From assembly GCA_033442325.1 (NCBI GenBank), contig JAWQFM010000011.1:136116-200115 (forward strand): a stretch of DNA of 64,000 nt. The letters run 5' to 3'. This document shows, piece after piece, positions 44,284 through 57,061 of this stretch (positions are counted from its first letter, which is position 1; each line of letters opens with the position of its first letter). Below the pieces are notes generated by a model, which had not been told where the DNA came from, did no database searches, and saw only the letters and a list, made by a program, of their open reading frames with translations. This stretch comes from Salpingoeca rosetta (Eukaryota > Protista > Choanoflagellata). A program made the position numbers and the translations under genes.

Positions 44284-44848
44284 CCACACACGTACAAGCA
44301 CGTGGAGGTGGTGCTTACATTTCGGGCGCGCACTGTGTAGCCGTCTGCGTGTAGCTGTCGTTGCCAAAGCTGCGGATGTAAAGCTCATACACGGATACGG
44401 GCGCGAGCTCAAATAGGTTGAACGATACAAAGTCCAGTTGCACCATGGATGACAACGCCTGGGCACACGGGTGTGTGTGTGTGTGTGTGTGTGTTGGGTG
44501 TAATCGTTGTGAGGCTCAGCAGCGATTGGGTACGTGAGAGCATCAATCCAAGGCAACATGTGCAACCCCGCCCACCTCACCAAGCATACACCCCTCCCCT
44601 CTCCTTTTCTCTCTCCACCAGCAGCGGCACCTTGAACCGTCGCATGGCCCGTGATCCGGCCACCGTGCCCTTTGCGCGCTTTGCTGCTCGGCTGAAATCC
44701 ATCTTCTTCACCCGCACATCTTCGCCCTCATAGTCGTCATTGTCGCCAGCAGCACTGCCCAGTTCAAATTTCCCGGCACCCGATGTGCCTTCCAAACCAC
44801 TCCCGTTGATGGGCCTGCCATGTTGTGTGTGCGCGTGTGCGTGCGTAC

Positions 44849-44941
<93 letters not shown>

Positions 44942-46347
44942 GTGTGTGTGTTGTGTGTGTGTGTGTTGTGTGTGTGTGTGAATGAAACACACTCTCTGCG
45001 ACCCATCCACAACCATGACCATCGTTGGTGCACGATGGCCAGGTCATTCCACCGGCACACAGCGCACACACAAGATACATGTACACACTCTCTTAAACAC
45101 TTTACCTGCGTGATCCTCGAGCGCCCTGGCGTGTTCGCAAGTTCTCTCGTCGCAACGCATCCAGCACCTGGAATGGCGATGGCGAGTGAGACATGGTGAA
45201 CAAGATGTACCGTGTGAAAGGAACGCATCATGGAACCGCACATAGCAACACAGAGCGCGCGCACACTCACACACGCACACACACTCACACTCACACACGG
45301 AACACACACAGACACACACGGAACACACACAGACACACACGGAACACACACAGACACACACATACACACACACACACACAACACAGCATATCACGCCAGA
45401 TCCTCTCCCCGAACCCCTCCCCCCCCCCTTTACTTCACCCCCCTCCTCTCCGACACCATGCTTCATCCAGCGCACCTCGACCATCTCGTCGTCGTCACCG
45501 CTAAGCCGCGGCTGCCCGGGACTGTACAGACGCGTGTTGCTGTCGTTTGGGGCAGCAGCACCATCCAGCGAGCGCAGATCAGAGTCTGAGTCCCGCACCC
45601 TGCGTGACCGGTTCACAGCATCCCACCCTTTGTCGCTGCCGCCTTGTTCGCCTTCCTCTTCTTCTTCTTCACCTTCCTCTTCATCATCCTCATCATCCTC
45701 GTCTTCAAAGTCGTCGTCGTATTCATAGTCCTCAAACTCATCATCCTCGTAGTTGTACTCATCATCACCACCATCATCACCGCCACCATCACCTTTGCCA
45801 TCACCATCTGCCCCCTGTTCGTCCTGCCCTGCTGATGTTGTGTCTCCCTGCTGCTGTGCTGCGTCCTGCTCTGCCTCCTCCAGCATTGCTCGGAGACGTG
45901 CCTGTGTTTGTGGTGGTGAAGCACGGCAGCGTGTGGATGAAGGGAGGCGACAATGCAGCAGGAAGGTGAAGATGCGTCAAAGCAAGCACGGCACTGGCCC
46001 AAATAACCACACCGGAGACCACTGCATACGCAACGCACCACAATGCGCACCACAATGCGCACCACAATGCGCACCACACACACAACGCGCCCGCACACAC
46101 ACACACACACACACAACGCGCCCGCACGCACACACACACAACGCGCCCGCACGCACACACACACACACAACGCACACGCAATACTCCACGCACCTCTCGC
46201 GCCTGTTTTGCCTGCTCTTCCCTGCTGATCGCCTGGGCGGCCTTCACCATCTCGGCAGCGCCACGACTCGACTCCATCGCCACGCGCTCATCCCGGCCAT
46301 CGCTGTCACCGCCACTGTCGCCACTATGACCCTCCTCTTCCGTATCG

Positions 46348-46378
<31 letters not shown>

Positions 46379-47210
46379 GACGCTGCGCTGTTGCTGTGTC
46401 GCCGGCGTGTGCGGAGTTGGACGGGCGACGTGCTCGCGCCTCCCGCGCATCCTCCTCCCCGTGCACAGCGGAGCTGACGCGGCTGCTGCCACCGCGCCCC
46501 TCCTTGGTGGGCCCCTCTGCCCGCAGACGCCCGGACCGGGAGCGGTGATGCCGAGACGACGAGTGCGCGCTGTCGTGTCGACTCCGTCGGTTGGCATCGT
46601 CGCGGGCATCCCGGCTGCGGTGACGCCGACGCCGTTCACCGTCGTCGCGCTCCTCGTGGTCTTCCGCCCCAGCGCGATCACGATGCCTTCTCTCCTTGTC
46701 GCGCCGTCGCCTGCGACGCTCGCTGTCGTCCTCGTCACCGCCATGACCGCCCTCACGGTCTTTCCTCCGGCGTCGTTCACGGTCCTTGTCCCTGTCTCTG
46801 TCCCGTCTGTCACCGCTGTCGCGATGCTTCGACGAGGACGACGCGGACTTGTGCTTGCGGCGTTCGCGACGACGGTCCTCATCGTCACCATCATCCGCTT
46901 CCCGATCTCCGCGATGATCGCGGGATCGTGAGGACCGCTTGTGTTCCCTGTCCCCTCTGTCCCGCCCACTGCGCTCGCGATGGCGGCGCTCCTTGTGCCT
47001 GCCGTTGCTGCGCTCCTCCTCGGCTGCCTCGCCCTCTGCGTCGCGGTGTGTGCGGCTGCGCCTGCTGCGCCGGTCCTCGTCCCCGCGCCCCTCCTCCGTC
47101 TTTCTTGAGCGGCGTGACGACGACGTTGCCTTTGACGAGCGGGAGCTCGCCTTGGCTGCCAGCGGGTTGGTGGACTTGCGCCCAGCACCTCTGCTACCCC
47201 TGCCACTCAT
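39690..47210 (-). CDS. DYNC2I1: Dynein-2 intermediate chain WDR60 (retrograde IFT); 3' end not resolved
   Basis: R/D/E-rich N-terminus from ATG 47210, then acidic YNYEDDEFEDYEYDDDF. VQLDFVSFNLFELAPVSVYELYIRSFG...GVQTEEVETQECWTQYP matches the recalled WDR60 block. WD40 blades LLVAGTQHG/VVVWDL, PAFTSDG, GLRPGASVKM and WSNARAAVFYV. Confidence 0.85.
41793..42272. other. Assembly gap (N run)
   Basis: Run of n. Confidence 1.
43243..43490. repeat. 30-bp minisatellite x8 inside a WDR60 intron
   Basis: Unit cacgcctgcagagagcgtcacaagta(a/t)tgg repeated 8 times. Confidence 0.95.
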
Positions 47211-47388
47211 CGCTGACAGTTGTGTGCGCTGTGTTTGTTGTGTGTGCCGTGTTTGTTTGGCTGCCGTCGTCCGTTGCAGCGGGGAAGTTGGCAACGGAGA
47301 TCTTTGTGCTGTCGGAGACGGCTGTGGTAGTTGTGGAAAATTTGTGGATGATTTACGGTGATTATCGTGCTGACACAGGCGAACGGAT

Positions 47389-50351
47389 ATGGCTGGTGGT
47401 GGTGGCGCAAGTGCACGGAAGGAGCTTGTGCGAGCTGTAGGCCTGTGCATGCTCTGGTACCTGGGCTCCATGATGAACAGCATCTTCAGCAAGAGGTGTG
47501 TGTGTGGGAGGGAGAAGGGAGAAGGGGGGTGTGGGCTGCGGGATGACGTTGATGTGATGATGCTGTTGCGTTTGCGTTTGCGTTTGCGTTTTTGCGTTAA
47601 TTGGTGGGTTTGTGACGATTTGTTCATGCAACATGCAGTGCAATGAAGGTGTTTCCGCGGCCCATCACCGTCACCATGGCGCAACTGTTGATGGTCAACA
47701 TCTGCTTGCCGTTTTTCCTGCCAAGCAAGGTGTGAGTGGGAGGGAGGGGGGAGGAGGCTGGGGGAGGGGATCTGTGTATGTGGACGTGTGTGTGTGTGAG
47801 TGTAAACGTGCGCGCGTGTGTGTGTGTGTGTGTGTGTGTGCGTGGTGCTCACGCGGGTTGATGCGTGCTACAATGGTGTGTCACGTGCTTTTAATTCAGA
47901 TGCCAAGGCTATCGCGAAAGGATTGGACCTCGTGGGTGATTCCACTGACGGTTCTCAAGATTGTGGTGAGCCTGTCATCACAGATCAGCATCCTCAAGGT
48001 CCCCGTCGCCTACGCTCACACAGGTACGCGCGCCTGCACACGCGATCTCTCACGCTTCACTTGGTGGGCTTGCTGCTCTCAATGCGAACACTCACAGTGG
48101 TGCTGATGTGATGTCTGCTGTTGGTGGTGTATTGCTGGTGTGCTCATTCCTTCAACGACGGGCGAACACCAGTCAAGGTAAAGCTGCACATGCGTTTGTG
48201 TGGAGTGCTCGGTCGCGTGTGTGGCCATGTGCGTGCGATTTGATGTGTGCACATGCCAGACACCACACTGGTAGCACCTTGGTTCATTCTGACAGTCGCT
48301 GTTGTTTCTGCGCTGTTCGCTTCGTTTTGGCAGGGCATGATGCCAATCTTCACGGTGTTTCTATCCAAGGTCTTCCTGAACCAGCACCACCCTCTCCTCG
48401 CATACATTAGCCTCATCCCCATCATCAGTGGTAATGCGTGTCATCATGTGTGTGCGTGGGGGGGGGGGCGTGTGTGTGTGTGCGTGGGGGGGCGGTGTGT
48501 GTGTGTGTGTGTGTGTATGTGTGTGTGTGCGTGTGTGCGTGGGTGTTTGGGTGCACTTCCCTGTCGTTTCGTATTCCTCTCATGCATGCTTGCATGCATC
48601 CATCTGCTGTCATTGCAGGCGTCGTTATTGCGTCGGTGACTGAGCTGCAGTTTGACCTGCTGGGCCTCATCAGTGCCCTCGTGGCCACGTTCACATTCGC
48701 CATCCAAAACATCTTCTCAAAGAAGGTCCGTGTTGCGTGTGTGTATGTGTGTGTGTATGTGTGTGTGTGTGTGCAGTGGAGTGTAGTGTGGTGTGGTGTA
48801 GTGTTTGGGGAGAAAGCGTGTCGTGGACACGGGAAAGGGGTGGCCGACTGTGCGTGTGTACTGCGCGCGAATACTCACGTGTCCACCATGCCACTTGCTT
48901 TCTTTTGTTTGTTTTTTTTCTTCGTAATTGTCTGCAATCACGGCAGGTGATGAAAAAGGGGGTGCATCACATCAGCATCTTGCTGCTTGTGAGTCAGAGC
49001 GCGTTTGTTGCGCTCCTGCCCTATTGGCTCTGGAACGAAGGCACAGACATCCTCTTTGGCGACACCTTTACCTCGCTCGGGGACCAGGTGAGGGCGGTGG
49101 TCGTCGGCTGTTGGCACCGTGGAGGGGTGTTTGGGGCATCTGTGCTGGCAGTCGTTGTGATCACATCACATCACGTCACGTCACGTCACGTCACGTCACG
49201 TGTGCTTGCACTCACATGCACACGCACATACATGCACACGCACATGCACACGCACATGCACATGCACACATGCAGGCGTTTGTGGTGCTCTATGAGATGG
49301 CGCTGTGTGGACTTTGCAGTGCAATTCAAACCATCGCTGCATTCACCTTTCTCTCATACGTCACGCCAGTCACTTACTCGGTGAGCTCAAGCACATGTAA
49401 CTTCATCACTTGCTCACCTGCTTGCTTGCTTGCTTGCAGGTACAACAAACCAAAGCACAATCCCGCTCGCCTTGTTACATAATTGATGACGTTCACTTGT
49501 TGTTGTGGGGCTGCAGGTTGCGAATGTTGCCAAGAGGATTGTGATTATCGTTGCGTCGATGCTGTTCTTCCAGAATCCCGCCACGCCCGCCAACATTGCC
49601 GGCATTGCCATCTCAATCGTGCGTGATGGTGGTGGTGGTGGTTGCGTTGGGAACGGATGTTTTATCACATGTGTGTCACTGAATCACGCAAGCTTGCCCA
49701 AGCTTACGCTCTCACACAAGCGTATACAAGCTCGCACCCACTCACGCACTCACACACACTCACACAAGCTTACGCACCCACACAAGCTTACGCACTCACA
49801 CAAGCTTACGCACTCACACAAGCTTACGCACTCACACAAGCTTACGCACTCACACAAGCTTGCGCACTCACACAAGCTTACGCGCCCACACAAGCTTACG
49901 CACCCACACAAGCTTACGCACCCACACAAGCTTACGCACTCACACAAGCTTACGCACCCACACAAGCTTACGCACCCACAAGCTTACGCACTCACACAAG
50001 CTTACGCACCCACACAAGCTTACGCACCCACAAGCTTACGCACTCACACAAGCTTACGCACCCACACAAGCTTACGCACCCACAAGCTTACGCACTCTCA
50101 CCCACACGCAATCACAGTGTGGGATTGCGCTGTACAACAAGTCGAAGCTGGATGAACGGCGACGAACACAAATGCAGCAGCAGCTCGCCATGGACGAGGC
50201 AAAGTGGGGCGGCGGTGGTGGTGGTGGTGGTGTCATGAACGGGTACAACGGCGCACACCACCAGCAACAGCAGCAGCCCTCGTTCTTTGCTAATCAACAC
50301 TACACCAGTGGTGGAAAGCGAAAGCCGTTTGGCCCGCTCCACGTCGTTTGA
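47389..50351 (+). CDS. SLC35E1: Triose-phosphate/nucleotide-sugar transporter family, SLC35E1-like
   Basis: [100 protein letters not shown]. Stop at 50351. Confidence 0.9.
49690..50100. repeat. 18-20-bp minisatellite (cacacaagcttacgcac[t/c]) in the last intron of the SLC35E1-like gene
   Basis: About 20 tandem near-identical units. Confidence 0.95.
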
Positions 50352-50607
50352 AGGGGATGGGTGATGGTGGAGGAGGGCGGGGGGGAACACTCGTGCGTCG
50401 TGAGTTGGTGTCACGCTAGCTTAGGTTGGTTGCAGGCGTTTTCTTTGCCTTTGCTCGTGTTATTAACATAAACGATGGATAACGGCGGCGGGAAGGGTGA
50501 GATGGTTGGATGTGGTGCGTGTATGACACACAAGAACTGTGTGGACGATTTGTGGTCATTTTCAGATGATTTTCGCACGCCTTGGAGGGAGAACAACAGA
50601 CAGAGAG

Positions 50608-53600
50608 ATGGCTTCGCAACAACAGCCAGAACAGCAGTAGTACGTGTGTATTGGCAGGGGCTCTGCTAGTAGTCTTCTGGTTGTGTGTCAGCCGTGTCCT
50701 CGTCATGAAGCCCTTGTTCCAACCCATGCCCTGCTAACCCTCCTCTTGTCTTGTGTCTTGCTATCTTTTCCACCTGTACATCCTCTTTACTTCTTTGTTT
50801 GGTGCTTGGTGTCTGTCGTGTGCTGCCATACTGCTCGTTCGTTGAGATGTGTTGGTTCTTTGGTTGGGCCAGTTCAAGTGCGTTTCTGCGTGTACTCACA
50901 CACTCACGTTGAACCTTCTGCTTGTGGATTGTGGATTGCAGTGAACTATGGTTCAAAATCCTCCTTGTTGGAGCCGTTGCTGGCAAGACCAATTTGATGG
51001 TGCGAATGATTGATGACCATTTTCAAGTAAGCTGCCAGCCTGGCCCATACGCGCAAGCACGAGAGTACTCGACCGCTTGTGTAGTAGGGTATTCTATACA
51101 ATTGAGTGATTGTGCACCACGACTCGAAGGCAATTGTGAGTTGGTCTCACTTTCCGCGACCTGTCCGCGATTCTTGACAGGGTTCCAACAAGCACACCAT
51201 GGGCGCCGATGTTGTAAGTCTTCGTTTTCCTGTCTTCAATATCTGACGCATTGCTTCGAGACACGAATAATGGACTTGCTACCATCCCTAGGTTGTTTCT
51301 TCACCTCGAATTCGTGTTCGTCCACAGGGGCTCCGACTGCTTGAGTTTCACGGCAAACAAATCTACCTGCAATTAGTACGTTCGACGATTTCTTCCTACC
51401 GATGTCCAATTGCGTGCTCTGATGCCATCTCTGTACACCCAGCCAGCGCTATAACATTCCTCACGTCCTCATACATGCAATGTTACATGTCTCACGCACT
51501 CTGCACTTCCCCTAATTTCTTCTAACATTGTGTGGACAGTGGGATACGGGTGCAAACGCTTCGTATTCGAGTCTCAAGCGAATTTATTTCAAACATGCAC
51601 GGGGTGCCTTCCTCGTCTACGACGTCACGGATCGCGTGAGGCATTCATAGTGTGCACATGTGGGCATTCGGATACTGCATTGTCTTTGTCGCACACAATG
51701 CCGGCATCGCCATTGTCACACAGGCTGATGCCAACGGTGGATCATGAATGCGTGCACAACATCCTCGCGCAGCGTCTCACTGAAGATTGGTACGTTTTGT
51801 GGTATCGTTTGATGACATGGTCACATGTCACCTCCATTTCTTGTCAACCTTTCTCCTTTCTCGCAGTCTACCTTTCGCGGAATTCTTGAAACCTTACAAG
51901 CAATACGCGCGTTTGCGGATCCCAAGTGCTGCGTGGCCCTGATTGGAAACAAGTGCGATCTCGAACACCGCCGAGAAGTGTCGTTTGAAGAAGGCCAGAG
52001 GTTCGCGATGGAGAATGGCCTCGTGTTTTTCGAAACGAGCGCGAAGACAGGCGAAAATGTGGAAAAAGCATTTCAGGAGCTCACAGCTCGCGTGGTGCAT
52101 CGGCTCGAAACAGAAGATCCACCAGCTGCGACACTGCACGACGCTTGCCGACAAGATACAACATTCAACAGGTTCAACGCTGTGTCGAGATTGCTCCACC
52201 TTGGCCAGGATCCAAACAGGCGCGATAGTCAGGTAGCTAGCAGTGCACGCATGTGCAGTTACGCACCAGACACCTGTGCCTTTTGAAGACAGTTTTAGGC
52301 ATGTACTCTGGGTGTTTCACAAAGCCACAGAATGCATGTATTCTTGTGCTTTGAGACCTGGCAGCAGACTCATTCGCTCATGACTCCCTGCGATTAATCA
52401 TTCAGGAGAGGCTTCCTCTACACATTGCGAGCGAAAGCGACGCGTCTGATGTTGTGCAGCTGTTGCTCAAGCACAGCGCCGATATCAATGCAAAGGATAA
52501 AGAGGTGTTGACCACGCTGTGCGTAGCAGATGCATGCATGTGTGTGTCTGTCTGTTCTTGTCTCTCTGTCGATACGCGTCTAATATTTCACCCGCTCGGA
52601 TTCACCACACCTCATTCCCTCGTGCTACTCCACCCCCACCAGGGATGGACGGCCCTCCACTACGCCGCGTTCAACGACCGTGCGGATGTCGTGCGCATAC
52701 TCCTGGAACAGGGCGCTGACACCACCATCAAGCACCGCTTTGTGAGTGAAGCATACAGCTGGTCGTTGCGACACCACGTGCTCTTGTTGTGTTAGTTGCT
52801 TGATGTGCGTGTTGAACTGGATCGCTGTCACCCAACCTCTTTTTTGTGTCAAATCTGCCTTCCTGTTCATGCCCCTCCCATCATCTGCTTTCGCCACACA
52901 CGCACGCACGCACACACACGCACACACACACACACACACGCACACACACACACACACACATACACACACATTCCATGCGTGATTGACAACAACAGCTGTT
53001 CGGCAAGACGGCTCTTGACCTCGCTGTCAGCCGTGGGCACAGTGATGTCATTAAGCTGCTTCGCAACCCGCAGGTGTGTGTGCTATGCTTGTGATGTATT
53101 GTTGTGTTGCTGTGTCATAAGCTCTGCTTGTTCAAACTCCATCATTCCCTCCTCCTCCTCCTCCTCCTCCTCCTACCACGCACATTCATTCTGTTGTGTG
53201 CACTTGCCCTGTTCACGCATATTTCATCTCACCTGCGCAGGCTGTGCAAGCACGACCACCATCTTCACCACAACCTGCATCCCTCCATGATGCCTGCAAG
53301 CACGGTGACACTGCGCGTGTGTCTGCACTCATTGACAAAGGCAATGTGGACGTATCCGAACAGGATACGCAGGTACGTGTTTGAATACACGGGTGTGTGT
53401 GTGTGTGTGTGTTGTCTCCATTCCCTGGTGCAGATGAACGCACCAGTGTATTCGCCAGACTTGTTGCCTTTGCTCATGCTTGTTTGCTATCTTGTTCACG
53501 TTGATCATGGCTGCTTGCATGTGCAGAGCGATACACCGCTGCATGTTGCCTGCAGGCACAATCACGCCGCTGTTGTGCAGCTGTTGCTGCAGAAAGGCGC

Positions 53601-56600
53601 CAACATCACCACAAAGAATAACAAGGTGTGGCATGTCGAACCGGACACTTTCACTGCACATGTTATGCATTCTGTGTGCATCTGCTGTGCAGTTTTGTGC
53701 GCGCGCCGCTGTATCAGCATTCGCGGGTCGTGCAGTGCATTGGTGCATGCGTGCACGAGACTTTGCACCGACACCGTGGGAATGTGTGTGTGTATGTATT
53801 TGTACTCACCCGCCAGACTGCCTTGTTGTGTCTGAATGATTGCAGGGTCAGACACCTTTGGATGTGGCAAAGGCAAGCGGTCACAAAGCCATTACATCCA
53901 TGACAGCGCTCCAACCCACAACTGCCACGACACCAAGCAGCGACAGCGACCAGCAACCACCTGAAGATAGAGATGAGAAGGGAGATGAAGAGGACCCGGC
54001 CACGGGTGAATTGGACGATGAGACGCAAGCCAGATTACAGCAGGAGAAGGTATATGCGTGAATGCGCGCGTATGTGCGTGCGTGTGCGTGGGCGCGTGAG
54101 TGTGCATGAGTGTGAATTCAATCGTGCACGCTTGCTTCGTCACTCCCTCCCTCTCTGTGCTTGCTTCCGTGCAATACGAGCTCGTACATCTCGTCTGACT
54201 TGCTCACCCAACATCACGCCACAACACACAGGCAAAGGAAGCGTACGTGGCAAACGTGAGGCGGATCATGCAGGAGATTGCCGAGCGGTGCGACCAGCAG
54301 ATGGCGGGGCGGGCAAAGCTGAACTTGGTTGGCCAGGGCCGTGCGGGGAAGACGACAACGCTCCGCTCTCTTCGGGGCTTGGGCTTCAATAAGGACGAGC
54401 ACTCGACCAAAGGCGCTGCAACGCACGACATGAATGTCACCGTGGATTCCATGGACGTTTACCAATGGAAGGTGAGCGTGAGAGGATGCGCTGTAAGTGT
54501 GGGTGCTTGCGTGTGTGTGGGTGCTTGCGTGTGTGTGTGTGATGTTCCAAAACATCATGCACGGGCTGATGTCGTGGCGGCGTTGTCACTTGGTGTTGTC
54601 ACACGATGCTGTGTGTTTGGCCTTTCACCAGAACGAAAAGCATTCCCTCCTCATCAACCACCACACTCTCAACACCACCTTCACTTCGCCTTCACCATTG
54701 CAGGCTGTGACTGGCTTTCTGTCTGAGGTTGCGCGGAGCCTGCGGGACACGGCGCTGGCGCAGGCGGGCGGTATGGACGCGGTGATGCGGATGAAGATGG
54801 AGGAAGCACATAGGCTGCGGGAGGAGCGCGTTGCACTGCAGCTCGTCAGCGAGACGGAAGCAGACGCACCGGTGGCGGCCAAAGGGGATGTGCATGGTGA
54901 TGAAGCTGGTCTTGATGCATCCGGTGAGCAGGTGCTGGCGAGCGGCAATGAACTTGGTGCACATGTCGTTGATGATGACGATGATGACGATGATGATGAT
55001 TATGATGATGACAGTGACGGTGGTGGAACTGAGACTGCTGATGCTGCTGAGCCCACATCAGCGTCATTGCCATCGCCACCCGCACTCGCAGCATCGTCTG
55101 CAGTGATGACTGCCGGTATGGGAACCGTGCCCAACATCTCAACTGAGGAGATTGAGAACGCGATCAAGGATCTGAATCTGGACACGACGTTCGGGGAGGG
55201 CAACGCCAGGGTGACGTTCAAAGTATTTGACCTGGGAGGCCAGTCCACCTTCTACATTTTCCACCCTTTCTTCCTCACCAAGTGAGTTACTGTGTGTGTG
55301 TGTATGTGTGTGTGTGTGTGTGTATGTGTGTGTGTGTGTGTCTGTCTGCGTGGGTACGTGCTGCCTGCTGCCTGCTGTCCACCGCTGCCCTCCCCACACC
55401 CTCCTCACCCCACTCACCCAACCCCATCTTCACTCTCCACACCCACACCAGGTACGCGGTGTACCTGCTGGTGTTCTCGATGGAGGACCTGCTGCACCAA
55501 GACGAGAGCAAGCGGGCAGAGACGTGGGAGTTTATGGAGCACTGGTTGTCTTCCCTCCACCTTCACGCCAAGGGCGCACCCGTCCTCATCGTTGGCACCT
55601 TCGCTGATGTGGTCAGCAAGCGTAAGCAGCACGAGAACATCTCGCGTGACATCTACAGCCGCCTGCGCCACAACCCGGCGTTCCCTGGCGTCATCCACAA
55701 CGACAAGCATGGTCTGTGGTTCTGGCCCGTCGACAACACCAAGTCCATCCGTGATCCCATGATCCAGGACCTGCGCCAGACCATCTCCTCCACAGCACTG
55801 GCGCAGGAGTACGTGAGCCAGGAGGTGGCTGTGCCCTACCTCCACCTCTACGACAAACTCCACGCCATCGCCCGCGACGAGAAGCGACCGCTGCTCACCT
55901 TTGACGACGTCGTGGATATTGCGCGCACGTGTGGGCTGCGCACACGCCAGGAGACAAAAGCCTGCCTGCAGTTCCTGCACCTGTACTCGATGGTGCTGTA
56001 CTACGACCACGTGCCAGGCATGGAAAACTATGTGATCCTGAGTCCGCAGTGGGCCGTGGACACGATGACGCGCGTCATCCGCAACTTTGACTTGCACCGT
56101 GACGAACGTGATTGGGAGGCGAGGGCCGTTGGTGCGCAGCTGTGGGACGACTTAGTTGATCGCGGCATCCTGCACCGTCGTCTGCTGGAGGTGCTGTGGA
56201 AGGATGTACGAGATGACTTGATTGAGCCCTTTCTCCAACTCATGATGGAGTATGGGTTGTGCATGGACTACACACCGCCCAGATCAGCAGAGAGCAGCGA
56301 CAGCAGCAGCGACAACTCTGTACATCATGATGATGAGCAGCAGCGCGAACACCAGCAGTATCTGGTGCCTGCCATTCTGCCGATGGTGTTGGACACGCCA
56401 TCAGACCTGCCTTCGTCCGTGACGTTGAGCGTGTGCGCAGCACAACACGTGCACAAGTACGCTGGGCACGAGCCCAACACGGCCTACATCAGCTTCCGCC
56501 TGACCCCGCGTGCTTCCGATGCCCACGTGAGTGCCGAGGACATGCAGCGAACATCATTCTTTCCCGAAGGCTTGTTTGCCGTGGTGCTGGCCCATGTCCT

Positions 56601-57025
56601 GAGATACATTCAACCCAGCACCTCATCCACGCCCATGTTGAGCCGCACCCACGTGGTTGTGTTTGTTGGCGAAGCCGAGGTTGAGCTGCAGCTTGTGCCG
56701 GCTGTAGGCGGGATCAAAATCAAGATTGCACAAGCACGTCCTCGCGCGCTGCTGCACATGCTTTGTGACATCATCGTTGAAGCCATCAGGCAGCGCTATC
56801 ATGACCTGAAGCCTTATGTCCTGCTGCCACATGACGACAAGACGCTGCTGTTCTTTGAGGACGTGCGTCGTCACCACAACAACAAGAGGGCACTTCGTGT
56901 TGGCCGCTCACAACTCTTGTCACCCGACGATCTCATCGCCAAGTACGGCCCTCTCCTGCCCGTCCTCGGCCTGCAGGAAAATTACGATGTCTTCATCAGC
57001 TACAGGTGAGTGAGTGAGTGAGTGA

Positions 57026-57061
<36 letters not shown>

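Noticed and set aside
49505-50238. HKLTHS / TQAYA repeat ORFs
   Set aside because: Intronic minisatellite. The transporter frame resumes at about 50118 (CGIALYNK).
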